A stretch of DNA of 64,000 nucleotides from Eledone cirrhosa (GCA_964016885.1 OZ024740.1:427490001-427554000); one strand, 5' to 3'; numbered from the stretch's first letter, positions 13,680 to 28,500 are shown. Notes: generated by a model not told the origin, from the sequence alone. Program-made: numbers and translations.

Positions 13680-13730
<51 letters not shown>

Positions 13731-13824
13731 AATAAGAAAAAATAGAAATATCCGGTTTATTAATTTCACCAAATGTTGCCCAGTTTTCCCTAGTACCTTG
13801 TTCATATTGGTGAATTGGCAGTAT

Positions 13825-13984
13825 CGGTAGAGGGTCGGACACCATGCTTTGACGCATAGAGTTACGGCCATTCTGAGTTCAAATCCCGCCGAGGTTAACT
13901 TTGACTTTCATCCTTACGGGGTCGATAAAATAAAGTACCAGTAATGTACTGGGTATTTGCTGGCCTATTGCCAATAATAGAAAC

Positions 13985-13990
<6 letters not shown>
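13825..13990 (+). mobile_element. SINE (Nin/Deu-domain-like family)
   Basis: GAGTTCAAATCCC B-box, GGGGTCGATAAAATAAAGTACC, AGAAACAATT tail running into (TA)n. Confidence 0.75.
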
Positions 13991-14034
<44 letters not shown>

Positions 14035-14035
<1 letters not shown>

Positions 14036-14335
14036 GGTTTGTTGGTTCACCACTAGATAGAACTGGTCATTCCGTATGGTCAACCTCGATGTAATATTAT
14101 GGAGAGCACTCAACGTAATGCAACTCACCCGTCTTCGTTTGTGTAGTTGGTGGTGCGAGTACGGAGTTAATTATTATAAGATAACAGAAGGCTGGACTGG
14201 TGTAATTCCTTGAAAGGTTTATTATACCTTGATCATTTCAATGACCGGGTTCAGTATGAATCCGGTGACATCATCAGGTATTCAAAATATAACAAAGGAA
14301 TATAATAGACAAAATCGATGGGGCTGAAAATCAGA
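14035..14335 (-). mobile_element. Copy of the 7115-7420 HHR-bearing pseudo-LTR
   Basis: Colinear with 7115-7420; CUGAUGA...GAAA on the minus strand at about 14224-14281 with altered cleavage triplet. Confidence 0.75.
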
Positions 14336-14396
14336 GACATGAGCATGACCGAATATTTAGCAGCTTCGTCCTCTAGTGGTGATATATATATTAAAA

Positions 14397-14486
14397 CATA
14401 TCGGAGGAGCTTCCGATTCGAGAGTCAGGTTCGAACATCAATAGATCGTTCCTCGAGCTGATCGCCAGTGAAACATATGTAATATG
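14397..14486 (+). ncRNA. Degenerate hammerhead with long stem II
   Basis: CAUAU-CGGAGGA(core mutated)-about 60 nt-GAAA-CAUAUG-UA-AUAUG; stem I CAUAU/AUAUG. Confidence 0.55.
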
Positions 14487-14538
14487 TAATAAATATGTAT
14501 ATGATACAATACTGATTCTTTCTCCCTTATACATTAAT

Positions 14539-14605
<67 letters not shown>

Positions 14606-14656
14606 ATATATATATATATAGTAATAACTTTAATCTGTTATTTTAATATATATATT

Positions 14657-14695
<39 letters not shown>

Positions 14696-15331
14696 TTATT
14701 TATACGTCTGTGTATGTGTGTGCGTGTATGTATGTGTGTCTGTGTATGTGTGTTTGTATATGCGTGTATACGTGTCTGTGTGTTTGTATATGCGTGTATA
14801 CATATTAATTGTTCTTTAAGTGTTTTGTAACTCCACTGTTAAACTGTGCTAGAGTTTCTATTGATTTTGAAACGCAACTTCATGTAATTGACTGATGTAA
14901 ACACATCGATTCTATGTAGAATAACTTCCTGGAAATAAACTGCATGGATCAGCCATACACGTCACAATGCTGAGATATGATTTCATCAATAAATGTGTAG
15001 CTTTATCTCACTAGACACCACTTATAAACCTACAATTATGAATGTCTTAAAAAACTGGATAAATCCATTTCTCTATAAATAACATTTATCTGATTTACAT
15101 AAGCTCTTAGTAAAATAATATGTTCAGGAAGGTTTTCCTTGGACAATTAAAGATAGTAATCAGAGGCTGATGAAATCTTAACAAAAAATTGAAACAAGTC
15201 ATTTGGTCCACGAAGATATTAGATATTCTATATGTGGACGAGGTGTTTATATCTATTACAGACACGAATTGATTAAATGGAGTGATATATTCTCCAGTAC
15301 AGCATTTGCATGAATATATATATATAGTTAA

Positions 15332-15515
15332 TGTATAATAAACAACACAGTATAATTACCTCATTACCCGAGGTTTCCCGAACAGAACGAACACAAGAGA
15401 CGTCCACATTCGTTCGTCTGCCTTATCTGACGAACAAATGTGGACGTCTCTTGTGTTCGTCCTGTTTGAGAAACCTCGGGTAATGAGGTAATTATACTGT
15501 GTTGTTTATTATACA
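15332..15515. repeat. Fold-back element (87-bp arms, 10-bp spacer)
   Basis: 15332-15418 is the reverse complement of 15429-15515 with few mismatches. Confidence 0.9.
15421..15488 (+). ncRNA. Type I hammerhead ribozyme
   Basis: CCUUAU-CUGACGA-stem II-GAAACC-UCG-GGUA-AUGAGG; 6-bp stem I, GUA cleavage triplet. Confidence 0.8.
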
Positions 15516-15584
15516 GTAAATATTTAGCTCTGTTACTTACATAGAGCACTTTTCATTCCTTTTACTTTTTCCATGGAAACTTCA

Positions 15585-15626
<42 letters not shown>

Positions 15627-15643
15627 CCACTCACACACACACA

Positions 15644-15718
<75 letters not shown>

Positions 15719-16072
15719 ACACACATTACATATTAGTTTAACTAACCATGATTACAAAGGCAAGTTAATTTATATATCTCATTTATTGTTTTACGGTCGT
15801 TTCTGATATATATTTTTATGTATGTATGTATATATATATATATATATATATATAATGTAGGATGTGAGTTTTATTGTAGCACAATAAAGCAATACAAATA
15901 TCGGATGAGTAGCACTCAACAGTTTATGGGACTGGAGTATAAATAATATAAAATCAAAAGATGGTTAAAAGAGTTCCATGTATTTTATTATGCGGATTTC
16001 AAAAATTATATATTTATATATAACATTTCGCTGCTCGCAAGTGTTTTTTAAGCTTCATATTATGTCTCCCTA

Positions 16073-16130
16073 TTTTATCTGATGAGACGCAAATATCATC
16101 CCATGATGATATATGTTTTTGAAATGCTCA
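16073..16130 (+). ncRNA. Hammerhead-like motif (partial)
   Basis: UUUUAU-CUGAUGA, hairpin AUAUCAUC/GAUGAUAU, GAAA; stems I and III not clearly closed. Confidence 0.4.
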
Positions 16131-16157
16131 TACACTCTTTTAACCATCTTTTGATCT

Positions 16158-16247
<90 letters not shown>

Positions 16248-16361
16248 TAAAACAGAAACAGAAAACAAAAGCAAAGCGAAGAGTGCAGTATAAAGTGATA
16301 GTATTAGGTTCAATGTGTATGTATGTATGTATGTATGCATGCATGTATGTATGTATGTATG

Positions 16362-16429
<68 letters not shown>

Positions 16430-16726
16430 TATATAAGTATATATATATATGTATGTTGGCCGTATGTGTAATGTAATATTGTATATAGTGTATATATAAA
16501 GGCATTTCTATCCATACATATTTACAACGGGCCAATGCTTAACAGTCCCAACATGAGATTCACTCTCACACAATCTCTAACATACATTACACGCATAGAG
16601 ACGAAGAGATATATATTAACATACTCACACAATCTCACTCACTCTCTCTCAGACGCTCTTTCTCTACCTCTCTCTCTCTCGCTCTCTCTCTCTCTCTTTC
16701 TCTCTCTCTCATACACATACGTACAT

Positions 16727-16766
<40 letters not shown>

Positions 16767-16940
16767 TTATGAAGTCATACTCATACAATTATATATACGT
16801 ACATACATACTTACACACACGCATGCATACATACATACATATACAGATACATACATGCATGCATTCATACATACATGCATACAGCATATATATATACATA
16901 CACACATATATCTCTATATATATATAAATATATATATGTT

Positions 16941-17062
<122 letters not shown>

Positions 17063-18056
17063 AGTAGTGGACGGCTATCTGGCAGATATATTTGTCTCTG
17101 TGTAGGATGATGGCGGTGACGGTGATCCTGTGGGGTGACGACGGTGATAAAAGTGGTGGTGGTTTATTTTTGAGAGATAGAATATGATAAATGCAATCGA
17201 ATGCATTCTTATATGCAGTCTAGCAGAAATGCATGGTTGATTGCACAATGTTACGAGCCAAAGTGGACGTCGACGACCTCACGCCTCGATGCTTCCATGT
17301 TCAAATCAAGGAGTTAGCGATCTAAGGGTCAATAACCAATTGTCGACTCAGCAGCACTGGTATCGTTTTACTCAGGCGCACCCATATACATGCACACATA
17401 CATACATACATACATACATACATACATACATACATACATACATACATACATACATACACACACACATACACACAAATTCCCACCTAGATACATATACAAA
17501 CCCACAAACATACACACATACACACACACATGTAGATAGATAGAAACATACAGACGTACGTACATACATGGATACATACATATATGCATACATACATCTA
17601 TACACAGACTCAATGTCGCGCGCACTCGCACACATACACACAAACTCACGCACATATGTACACAGGCATGCACACATACATACAGTCATATATACATTCA
17701 TACATAGATAGATACATACATGCATACATAAATAATATATACATACATATAGAGAGAAAGATAGTTGTAGGGCATACACACACGTGTCCGTTCTACAACT
17801 GACACCAGTCCTGGCAGTAACAACGACAGTGTCAACTCTACCTAATATATCCTCCACCGCACACATACAACTACCATACAGCACACACACACACAAATAC
17901 TCAAACATACACGCACACACACATATATATATATACAAGATGACATACACATAAGTGGGCACATATACACACACATAAACATATACAAGAACACATACAT
18001 CATACATATAATCGGGCAATCATACATACACATACTGAAAGGCACATACACATGCT

Positions 18057-18117
<61 letters not shown>

Positions 18118-18348
18118 ACGCACGCACACAAACGCATATATATTCAAGAACATATACACATAAACGGATATTCACGCACTGACACACACACACACTGACG
18201 CACACATACACACACACACGCACATATATATATACGTACATGAAATCAATAAATACAGGGACACACGCAACCCCGCTGGAAGAGTCCTTCCTGTCATAAA
18301 CCGAGCAGGAAGACTGTTTTCTCTCTTTCTCTCTTTCTCTCTTTACTT

Positions 18349-18394
<46 letters not shown>

Positions 18395-18581
18395 CATTTC
18401 TCTTTCGCTCTACTTCTCTCTAATTCGCCATTCTTGCTTACTGGTGCACTTACCTCTCTATTCCCGTCACACTCTCACACTCCCTTACTCTCAGAAATTC
18501 TCAGTATTCCTATTATATTCAGAAGGGACTCATGTATTTTATTTATGAGATCCTATCACCATATTCCCTAGAATGTTCTAT

Positions 18582-19083
18582 TCACTCTTCACTCGTAAAT
18601 GAACTCTCCCTGACGAAGTTCCTCTACGGTAATATCTTGAAAAACACTGCAGTCAGGAATTGGTTCTCTTGCCAAAGTTCATGTCTCGTAGTCGAAATTA
18701 TAGAAATTAGAAAAGGTGTTTTTACACGCCACTTAAGAGGATTTCTTTACACTTCTTTTTTTATAGTTATCAATGTTAAGTTAAAGTTTGACCGCGCAGC
18801 TGTAAATATTGAAATATCTTACACGTGTATCTTCAGTCGGCGTGTAAGATATTTCAATATTTACAGCTGCGCGGTCAAACTTTAACTTAACATTGATAAC
18901 TATAAAAAAAGAAGTGTAAAGAAATCCTCTTAAGTGGCGTGTAAAAACACCTTTTCTAATTTCTATAATTTCGACTACGAGACATGAACTTTGGCAAGAG
19001 AACCAATTCCTGACTGCAGTGTTTTTCAAGATATTACCGTAGAGGAACTTCGTCAGGGAGAGTTCATTTACGAGTGAAGAGTG

Positions 19084-19084
<1 letters not shown>
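18582..19084. repeat. Near-perfect palindrome (244-bp arms, 15-bp spacer) with HHR-like motif in each arm
   Basis: ORFs 18532+ and 19113- give the same 81-aa stretch; CUGACGA at 18610, GAAA at 18639, ACUGCAGUC. Confidence 0.9.
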
Positions 19085-19120
<36 letters not shown>

Positions 19121-20558
19121 CATATATGGTATGTTGGTATGTGTATGTATATATAATATAGAAAGGCTTCTATCGAATGAAACAGTTCTAGTCCTGTAGA
19201 AGCTATTTCTATAATAAATATTATTCTCTGCTATGTATTGAGTACCCTACTTACTATGGTTACCCCCGATTGAACCCGGGATAAACTTATATATATATAT
19301 ATAGGTCCCCAAAACCCCGTAACAATGACCAATGGACAACAACAATCACCCATAGTTTGTGGTCCCTATGGTGGATGGTCCACCGGATCCTCTACTGGTT
19401 AGGAGTCATCAAAACCACGTTTTATTGAATCTGAGGACCCCCCCCCCCCGGAGCGGCCCACGCAGGAAGAACAATTATCCCAAGGTACTAAACCTATACG
19501 CATGAATGAGTGCCCGCAACCGTGCATTGTGTGTGTAACGGGGACTGTGTGAATGTACACACTCATGTGAACGCAACGTAATACCAATACTCCAGGTTGG
19601 ATTGATAAATGTTCGAGTGTATGCTTAAGAGTATATTTCTATATACTCTCTTGTATGAGTGCACATGTGTATATAGACATACACTCACATCCAGAAGTAT
19701 AAAAGTGTGGGTGGGTATATATGTCCGTACTAAGGGATTCACCTAAGCTCCAAAGCCCCCAAGCTATTGCTGTGAAGATATATATCACACTCTACTTTTG
19801 TCTAGTCTAAACAATAACATTTCCAAACACCCACTTTACTTTTCTTTAAAAATAACACCCACCTAGTTTTATGTCTGCCTTTTACTTGGATATGGGGGGC
19901 CTCTGTTGTATATATATATATGCACTTGTGCGTACATATATATATATACACACCTGTATGGATTTGTGTGTGTAGATGTGTGTCTGTCTGAGGGGGTAAG
20001 TGTGAGTGTATGTACAAGTCAACCAACATAAGAATTTTATTTCTAAATTTTCTAAACTATCTAAGTATTGGACTCTAACCATTATTTTAAGTATTACCAC
20101 CCCACATTAATTCCTCAATTTGTATGTGTGGATGTGTGTGTGTGTCTGTGGAGGCGGGTGTGCAAGCCAACCTGCATAAGTCTTTTTATTTGTAAATTTT
20201 CTACTCTAATCATAATTTTCAGTAGCACCACTCCACATAAATTCCTCAATTTAAGAATGACCTGTAGTATCTATTTCATACTATTAACCTTAATTGAATA
20301 TATATCTGACCAGGAATGCTTTTTCTGAAAATCAGTCATATGGAACTATTGTCATCTTGCCTGACGGTTTGAACTTTACAACACCACCTGCCTCTTTGAG
20401 GTCAAATACCAACCCTACTAGCATCTACAAACAGACCAATGAGAATCAAGACTATTCCTGCTGACAACATTAAATTATTTCTAACAAGCTCATATGTCCC
20501 AAGGCTCTGATACCATCAACACTATAAACACAGAACTGGCATATCTAAGAACTGCCTA

Positions 20559-20614
20559 ACTGCCTGATGAGGTCATAGCCATTCAATGGCTATCATCGAA
20601 ATATATATAGCAGT
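20559..20614 (+). ncRNA. Type I hammerhead ribozyme at a probable PLE 3' end
   Basis: ACUGC-CUGAUGA-(AUAGCCAUU/AAUGGCUAU hairpin)-GAAA-UAUAUA-UA-GCAGU, then AAUAAA and (TC)n(TA)n. Confidence 0.8.
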
Positions 20615-20653
20615 AAATAAAGGATTATGAGTTCATACAATGGACTTGTTTCG

Positions 20654-20819
<166 letters not shown>

Positions 20820-20869
20820 AAGGAAAAGCGAAGTAATTTCAGATGTTCAAGTCCTTTAATAATAATGCT

Positions 20870-20908
<39 letters not shown>

Positions 20909-20990
20909 CGCCTTTGAATTTGTTCTGCGAGATTTTTCATCTGAAAACGTGTGTTGGAACAGATATTGTTTTACTTTGGGAGGGTCATGT

Positions 20991-21317
20991 TGCCAATGAA
21001 AACACACGCACCTGTTAAATTTTCACTTCAATTTATTATAAGTTTCCGGTTGGTTGTTTGGTTCGATAACCGGAAGGTTGTTTATACATTGTCAAGCTCT
21101 TTCATCACACATTCTGTGCCTCCTCAGTCATGGGGTAGGACAGAACAAAGGAGAGACACCCAAAATAAAAATCTAGTCACTGAGGAGGTCACAGAATGTG
21201 TGTCGAAAGAGCTTTGACAATATATAAACAACCTTCTGGTTATCGAACCAACCAACCAACTGGAAACTTATAATAAATTGAAGTGAAAACCAACAGGTGC
21301 GTGGCTTTTTATTGGCA
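20991..21317. repeat. Fold-back element with outward-facing HHRs
   Basis: Arms about 20991-21128 and 21179-21317; GUCA-CUGAGGA-stem II-GAAAGAGCUU-UGAC at 21176-21218. Confidence 0.85.
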
Positions 21318-21919
21318 GCACTGTCTTTAATATTTCCGAGGAATATGGTTTGAAATAAATGTAAGTTTTAAAGTGATATGTTTCATGAAAATATTGAACA
21401 TTTATTTTGTAATAAGTGTAATGAAAAATATGAAGAATGGTTAATTCCAATACGTCATAACTATTTGAATATAATATTGCCGTTGTTTGCATGTACTTCG
21501 ATGAAATATCTCTGAATTGTCATATGAGAAATATATCCTATAGCTCATTGCAACAAAGTTGGGAATTTATTCATACTTGAGACTTAATCAATGATACGAA
21601 CTTTTGTTTATAAAATTAATTGATGGAACCCATTCCATACCTTTTAATAATAATTCCGTTGTAAATATATATCCATTTGGGGATGGATGTTAAAGAATTC
21701 TCTTCGAATGAGGAAATCCAATTTTCTGTAGCGTGACATTCAATTTGTGGGCATATATGCCGTTAGTATTCCATAAAAACACGATGCTCCTAATCATGTT
21801 ATAATTCGATTCAATTCAAATTGATCACACAAGGAATTGTTTGTTTTGATTTTTCAAACTAAATCAGGATTCTGTATTTATATTTAACATATTTTGTGAA
21901 ACAGGAGCAGTATTACTAA

Positions 21920-22270
21920 TTAATTGTTTCTACTTTCGGCACAAGGTCAGCAATTATCCCAGTACGTAAGGATGATAAGCAAAGCTAACTTCAGTGAGAT
22001 TTGAACTGAGAACGTAAATGGTTGTAGCTTAGGACATCAAGTAATTGGTCCGACGCTCTACCGATACTCTCATTCCACCATTAATAATTGTTTCTACTTT
22101 TGGCACAAGGCCAACAATTACCTCAGTACATTACTGGTACTTTATTTGACCGACCCCGTAAGGATGAAAGGGAAAGTTTACATCGGCAGGATTTGAACTC
22201 AGGACGTAAAGGGCCATAACTCTATGCTGCAAAGCATGGTGTCTGACGCTTTTACGATACTGCCAAATAT
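21920..22270 (-). mobile_element. Two tandem SINE copies (Nin/Deu-domain-like family)
   Basis: Two AATTGTTTCTACTTTYGGCACAAGG tails and ATTTGAACTSAG B-box complements. Confidence 0.7.
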
Positions 22271-22727
22271 AATAGTTACATAACAAATAACACATTAAAA
22301 TCACAAATATGTTATTTGTAACACTTGTGCAATATCTTACACATAATAAACAAACCAAAAGGAAGAAATCACAACTTGACATTAGGAGCCATAATATATA
22401 TTTCACTGAATTCTGATCCATATCAATAGTAGATTACATGAAACAATGATATGTAGAGCTTTTCAAACGTAAAAATCTAAGATATATTAAGCAGTGTTAT
22501 TGAAGGTTACGACCATGCAAAATGGACGTGAGATTTTGGAGTAAATTGAAGGCAACACAAATGTAGACTGTTGACAGGATCTGAAATATATAAAATAATC
22601 ATCAAATAAATCACCATATACTTTATTTTAATGTATTTTTTAACATGAGTCGAAACAGTATTTAAAGTAGAAGGCAAATTTCATAAGTTATTGAAATATA
22701 CCCGAACTAATAACGAAATATATATAT

Positions 22728-22812
<85 letters not shown>

Positions 22813-22902
22813 GTAAAGGGATACTTAATTTGTTGGTAATTCAACAAATATATATATATGTATAACTGATTCGAAGTAGTCGACAGGTTTTCTGGAGTAT
22901 CA

Positions 22903-23227
22903 ATGATATTAATAAATGGAGGCTATATTTATAAAACCATATTTATTCTATTATATATATTTCAAGGGTACCAAAACTTTGGTACGCCCTCATCAGATAA
23001 AATACAAAGTTTGTTTTATAAATATTGACATATCCAGGAAGGAGATCTTAACGGTTCAAGTTTTTCCTGAATATTTTCAACCGTTAAGATCTCGTTCCTG
23101 GATATGTCAATATTTATAAAACAAACTTTGTATTTTATCTGATGAGAGCGTACCAAAGTTTTGGTACCCTTGAAATATATATAATAGAATAAATATGGTT
23201 TTATAAATATAGTTTCCATTTATTAAT

Positions 23228-23232
<5 letters not shown>
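22903..23232. repeat. Fold-back element with two outward-facing hammerheads
   Basis: Arms 22903-23055 and 23079-23232; HHR on + 23131-23191 and on - 22944-23004 (UAUUUUAU-CUGAUGA...GAAA-UAUAUA-UA-AUAGAAUA); ends in (TA)n. Confidence 0.9.
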
Positions 23233-23272
<40 letters not shown>

Positions 23273-23646
23273 CGAAGGAAGTGTGGTAAGGAACCAGGTG
23301 GATCATAACGCACCAGGGTACTCGATACTATGGGTAGTAGAGTGGGTACTAGGAAAAGAGTCAGGGACCCCATGGGGTCCTGACTCTTTTCCTATATATA
23401 TATGTGAGTGTGTGTGCGTGCGTGCGTGCGCGAGTTTGTGTATGTGTGTATGTGTGTGTATGTTTGTGTGTGTGTGTATAAAGTAAGTAATATATGTTTC
23501 ATTATGTTCTATATGTTCCTTGTACAAGATGTCTAAATTGCTGTACCAGGAATATCTTATGATTTCCTTCTGTTTCGAAATTTTAGTTCCTTTACATTGA
23601 TGGGTTAGCAAATTGATATATATATATTATATACTGATATCTTCAT

Positions 23647-23677
<31 letters not shown>

Positions 23678-23721
23678 GATTGTATATATATACATATATA
23701 TGTGAGTGTGTGTATGTGTGT

Positions 23722-23840
23722 GTGACAGGTTACTGAGAAATTGCTGCCTTGAGCAAAACTAACTCGTAGTTAGTCACCTGAATACACCTGTGGCTATGTA
23801 TTAGTTTTATTCAACACACCAATTTCTCAACAACCTGTCA
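23722..23840. repeat. Short inverted-repeat element between (TG)n and (CA)n
   Basis: TGACAGGTTACTGAGAAATTG versus CAATTTCTCAACAACCTGTCA. Confidence 0.6.
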
Positions 23841-24482
23841 ACACAGACACACACACACACCCAGACATACTCACACATATATGTGTATGTGTATGCTAGT
23901 GCGAGTGTGTGTGTGTGACTGTGTGTATACTGTGTATACTGGTTTACTATGTGTTTGTGAATACCATTTAAAACCCAGAGTTAGGAATGTCAAGCTGAAT
24001 GATTATCCTCAGACATCGAAAGGGAAGAAATCTTTAAACTTTACTTTATCAGAAAAAAAATTATGAAATTTTGTCTGTTTATTTGCAACAAAATTCGACT
24101 GCTTTTTCTACCAATTGTTTGTTTAATCACACAACAGGTCTGTCTGAAAGAATGCTAGAAACACCAACCGGACATTTTATTCGAAACACAAGTCACAATT
24201 TTAAAATAAACAGAAAGAAATAATATATTATTTTCGAACAACTTCCAGACACGATTCTATATTCCGTATACAGCCAGTGTCATGTATATATTGTCATTCT
24301 CGATCACTTACAAACATTCATATTGACATTGCCGCCAAAGATACACTCCGAAGATGGATTTTACGCGGATAAAATACATTTCTTTCTTTAGGAAACTTAA
24401 TTATTTATCAGGTGATATGTTTTAAGAGTAAATTTATTTACTAAATTAAAAGTTACTATTGATGTACTAATTCAACACCATA

Positions 24483-24672
24483 GACGCTGAGCTGGCCAGC
24501 CGCAGGTGTGAGCCTCGCGAGTTGGAATGGCTCTTCCAGCGCATCTCCCATACCATCCTCCGAGGAAACGCCTTCTCCATCCTGTCCGCCGGGGCTGTGG
24601 GGAAGCACGTGGGACCCCATTTGCTCACCATACGGGTTAATAGGCAAAGTTATAAACTATTGTAAATAAAGC
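24483..24672 (+). pseudogene. 3' end of CRE-like RLE retrotransposon
   Basis: ELEWLFQRIS..ILRGNA C-terminal motif; homologous to 49375-49490; AATAAA near 24665. Confidence 0.7.
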
Positions 24673-25529
24673 TACTTAAATGTTTTTGCACAGAAAAAAA
24701 AAACATAGGCTATGCAATTGCTTTAGTAGATCAATTGAGACTTTTTCCTGGGTTATTTTCATCGTAATGCTGTTGTGATTTTAAATACGTCAAAATCATT
24801 TTTCTTTTTTTCTAAACGTTTATCCTTAACTTTTCTTAAGTAAATATCTCTGTAAGATAATAACTCTGTATAAGATGTGAAACTCCACTCAATACGGAGC
24901 TCCAATATTTCTGTCATACGCACATTCTATCTTACACAGATTCATACATCTCTCAATTATAGAAGCACAAAACAACCCTTTTTGCGCACAAGGAAAACAG
25001 ATTCCCACACAAAATGTCTCGGGTAGATATAATCGGTTCCGCAGTTTCGAAACATCAGCTGGAAAATTGGTGCTTTTTGTGGATTTCGCTTTGTTGGCAA
25101 CAGGTTTTCTGCTTTAGACAATTATATCCCTTCAACCTATTACCTCGGGTGCCTCCGAAAGGATCAAGTACCTTTGTTGTTCTCTTCCGTTTAAATAAAG
25201 TAAAAACTTGCAAGATCATAAACACTCGTAAATATTATTTTACATTTCACATTTTATAGTCAGTCATTTCACACACATGACATAGAGATGTAAAGTTTTA
25301 TAAAACCACACTGACATTCCCATTTTTCAGTTCAGTGACCTCTCATCAACAACCACTACCATTATTAGCAGCCCATGAAATCAGAGCCATATCTGTGTTA
25401 ATCGACTCATTTTCTCGTTCATCATTTACCGTCGTTCACAGGCGATGACGTTTCTTTATCTGCATCAAAACATATTTCAATATATTAAATGTTTTATAAG
25501 TTTCATTCACTCAGACAACATTAAGAACC

Positions 25530-28500
25530 ACACTACACCATCCAGCCCCACCATCCAATACCACCACCCAGCGGCACCAACCTTCGCCACCATCCAGCCC
25601 CACCATCCAGCACCACCATCCAGCACCACCACCCAGCGCCACCATCCAGCACCACCATCCAGCGGCCACCATCCAGCACCACCACCCAGCGCCACCACCC
25701 AGCGTCACCATCCAGCACCACCATTCAGTACCACCACCCAGCGCCACCATCCAGCACCACCATCCAGCACCACCATCCAGCACCACCATCCAGCACCACC
25801 ACCCAGCGCCACCATCCAGCACCACCATCCAGCGGTCACCATCCAGCACCACCACCCAGCACCACCATCCAGCGCCACCATCCCGCGTCACCACCCAGCG
25901 TCACCATCCAGCACCACCATCAAGCGGCCACCATCCAGCACCACCATCCAGCGGCCACCACCCAGCACCACCACCCAGCACCACCACCCAGCACCACCAT
26001 CCAGCACCACCACCCAGCGCCACCACCCAGCACCACCACCCAGCACCACCACCCAGCCCCACCACCCAGCACCACCATCCAGCCCCACCATCCAGCACCA
26101 CCACCCAGCCCCACCACCCAGCGCCACCACCCAGCACCACCATCCAGCACCACCACCCAGCCCCACCACTCAGCGCCACCACCCAGCACCACCATCCAGC
26201 ACCACCACCCAGGCCCACCACCCAGCGCCACCACCCAGCACCACCACCCAGTACCACCAACTGGCGCCACCATCCAGCACCACCACCCAGCACCACCAAC
26301 CGGCGCCACCATCCAGCACCACCACCCAGCGCCACCATCCAGCACCACCAACCGGCGCCACCACCCAGCACCACCATCCAGCACCACCACCCAGCACCAC
26401 CACCCGGCGCCACCAACCGGCGCCACCACCCAGCACCACCACCCAGCACCACCACCCAGCCCCACCACCCAGCACCACCACCCAGCACCACCACCCAGCC
26501 CCACCACCCAGCACCACCACCCAGCACCACCATCCAGCACCACCACCCATCACCACCATCGAACACCACCACCCAGCCCCACCACCCAGCACCACCACCC
26601 AGCACCACCATCCAGCACCACCATCCAGCACCACCACCCATCACCAACACCCAGCCCCACCACCCAGCACCACCACCCAGCACCACCACCCAGCCCCACC
26701 ACCCAGCACCACCACCCAGCACCACCACCCAGCACCACCACCCAGCACCACCACCCAGCCCCACCACCCAGCACCACCATCCAGCACCACCACCCATCAC
26801 CACCATCCAGCCCCACCACCCAGCACCACCATCCAGCACCACCACCCATCACCACCACCCAGCGCCACCACCCAGCACCACCACCCATCACCACCACCCA
26901 GCGCCACCACCCAGCACCACCATCCAGCCCCACCATCCAGCACCACCACCCAGCACCACCACCCAGCCCCACCACCCAGCACCACCATCCAGCACCACCA
27001 CCCAGCACCACCACCCAGCCCCACCACCCAGCACCACCATCCAGCACCACCACCCATCACCACCACCCAGCGCCACCACCCAGCACCACCACCCAGCCCC
27101 ACCACCCAGCCCCACCACCCAGCCCCACCATCCAGCCCCACCATCCAGCCCCACCATCCAGCACCACCACCCAGCACCACCATCCAGCCCCACCATCCAG
27201 CACCACCACCCAGCACCACCATCCAGCCCCACCATCCAGCCCCACCACCCAGCACCACCATCCAGCCCCACCATCCAGCCCCACCATCCAGCCCCACCAT
27301 TCAGCCCCACCATCCAGCACCACCATCCAGCCCCACCATCCAGCCCCACCACCCAGCCCCACCATCCAGCCCCACCACCTAGCCCCACCACCCAGCCCCA
27401 CCACCCAGCCCCACCATTCAGCCCCACCATCCAGCACCACCATCCAGCCCCACCATCCAGCCCCACCATCCAGCACCACCACCCAGCCCCACCACCCAGC
27501 CCCACCACCCAGCCCCACCATCCAGCCCCACCACCTAGCCCCACCACCCAGCCCCACCATCCAGCCCCACCACCCAGCCCCACCATCCAGCCCCACCACC
27601 CAGCCCCACCACCCAGCCCCACCATTCAGCCCCACCATCCAGCACCACCATCCAGCACCACCACCCAGCCCCACCACCCAGCCCCACCATCCAGCCCCAC
27701 CATTCAGCCCCACCATCCAGCACCACCATCCAGCACCACCACCCAGCACCACCACCCAGCACCACCATCCATCGAAACCACCCAGCGCCACCACCCAGCG
27801 CCACCACCCAGCGCCACCACCCAGCGCCACCACCCTGCGCCACCACCCAGCGCCACCACCCAGCCCCACCACCCAGCGCCACCACCCAGCGCCACCACCC
27901 AGCGCCACCACCCAGCCCCACCACCCAGCGCCACCACCCAGCGCCACCACCCAGCGCCACCACCCAGCGCCACCACCCTGCGCCACCACCCAGCGCCACC
28001 ACCCAGCCCCACCACCCAGCGCCACCACCCAGCGCCACCACCCAGCGCCACCACCCAGCCCCACCATCCAGCACCACCATCCAGCACCACCACCCAGCAC
28101 CACCACCCAGCACCACCATCCATCGAAACCACCCAGCGCCACCACCCAGCGCCACCACCCAGCACCACCATTCAGCCCCACCATCCAGCACCACCATCCA
28201 GCACCACCACCCAGCACCACCACCCAGCACCACCACCCAGCACCACCATCCATCGAAACCACCCAGCACCACCACCCAGCACCACCACCCAGCACCACCA
28301 TCCATCGAAACCACCCAGCGCCACCACCCAGCGCCACCACCCAGCGCCACCACCCAGCCCCACCATTCAGCCCCACCATCCAGCACCACCATCCAGCACC
28401 ACCACCCAGCACCACCACCCAGCACCACCATCCATCGAAACCACCCAGCACCACCACCCAGCACCACCACCCAGCGCCACCACCCAGCCCCACCACCCAG

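Noticed and set aside
18532-19113. Pair of convergent identical small genes
   Set aside because: Identity is due to the palindrome; the peptide has no recognisable features
25445-27382. 645-aa His/Pro/Thr-rich ORF and antisense Gly/Trp ORFs
   Set aside because: Open frames result from a 13-bp repeat lacking stop codons; open in most frames; no domain or splice evidence
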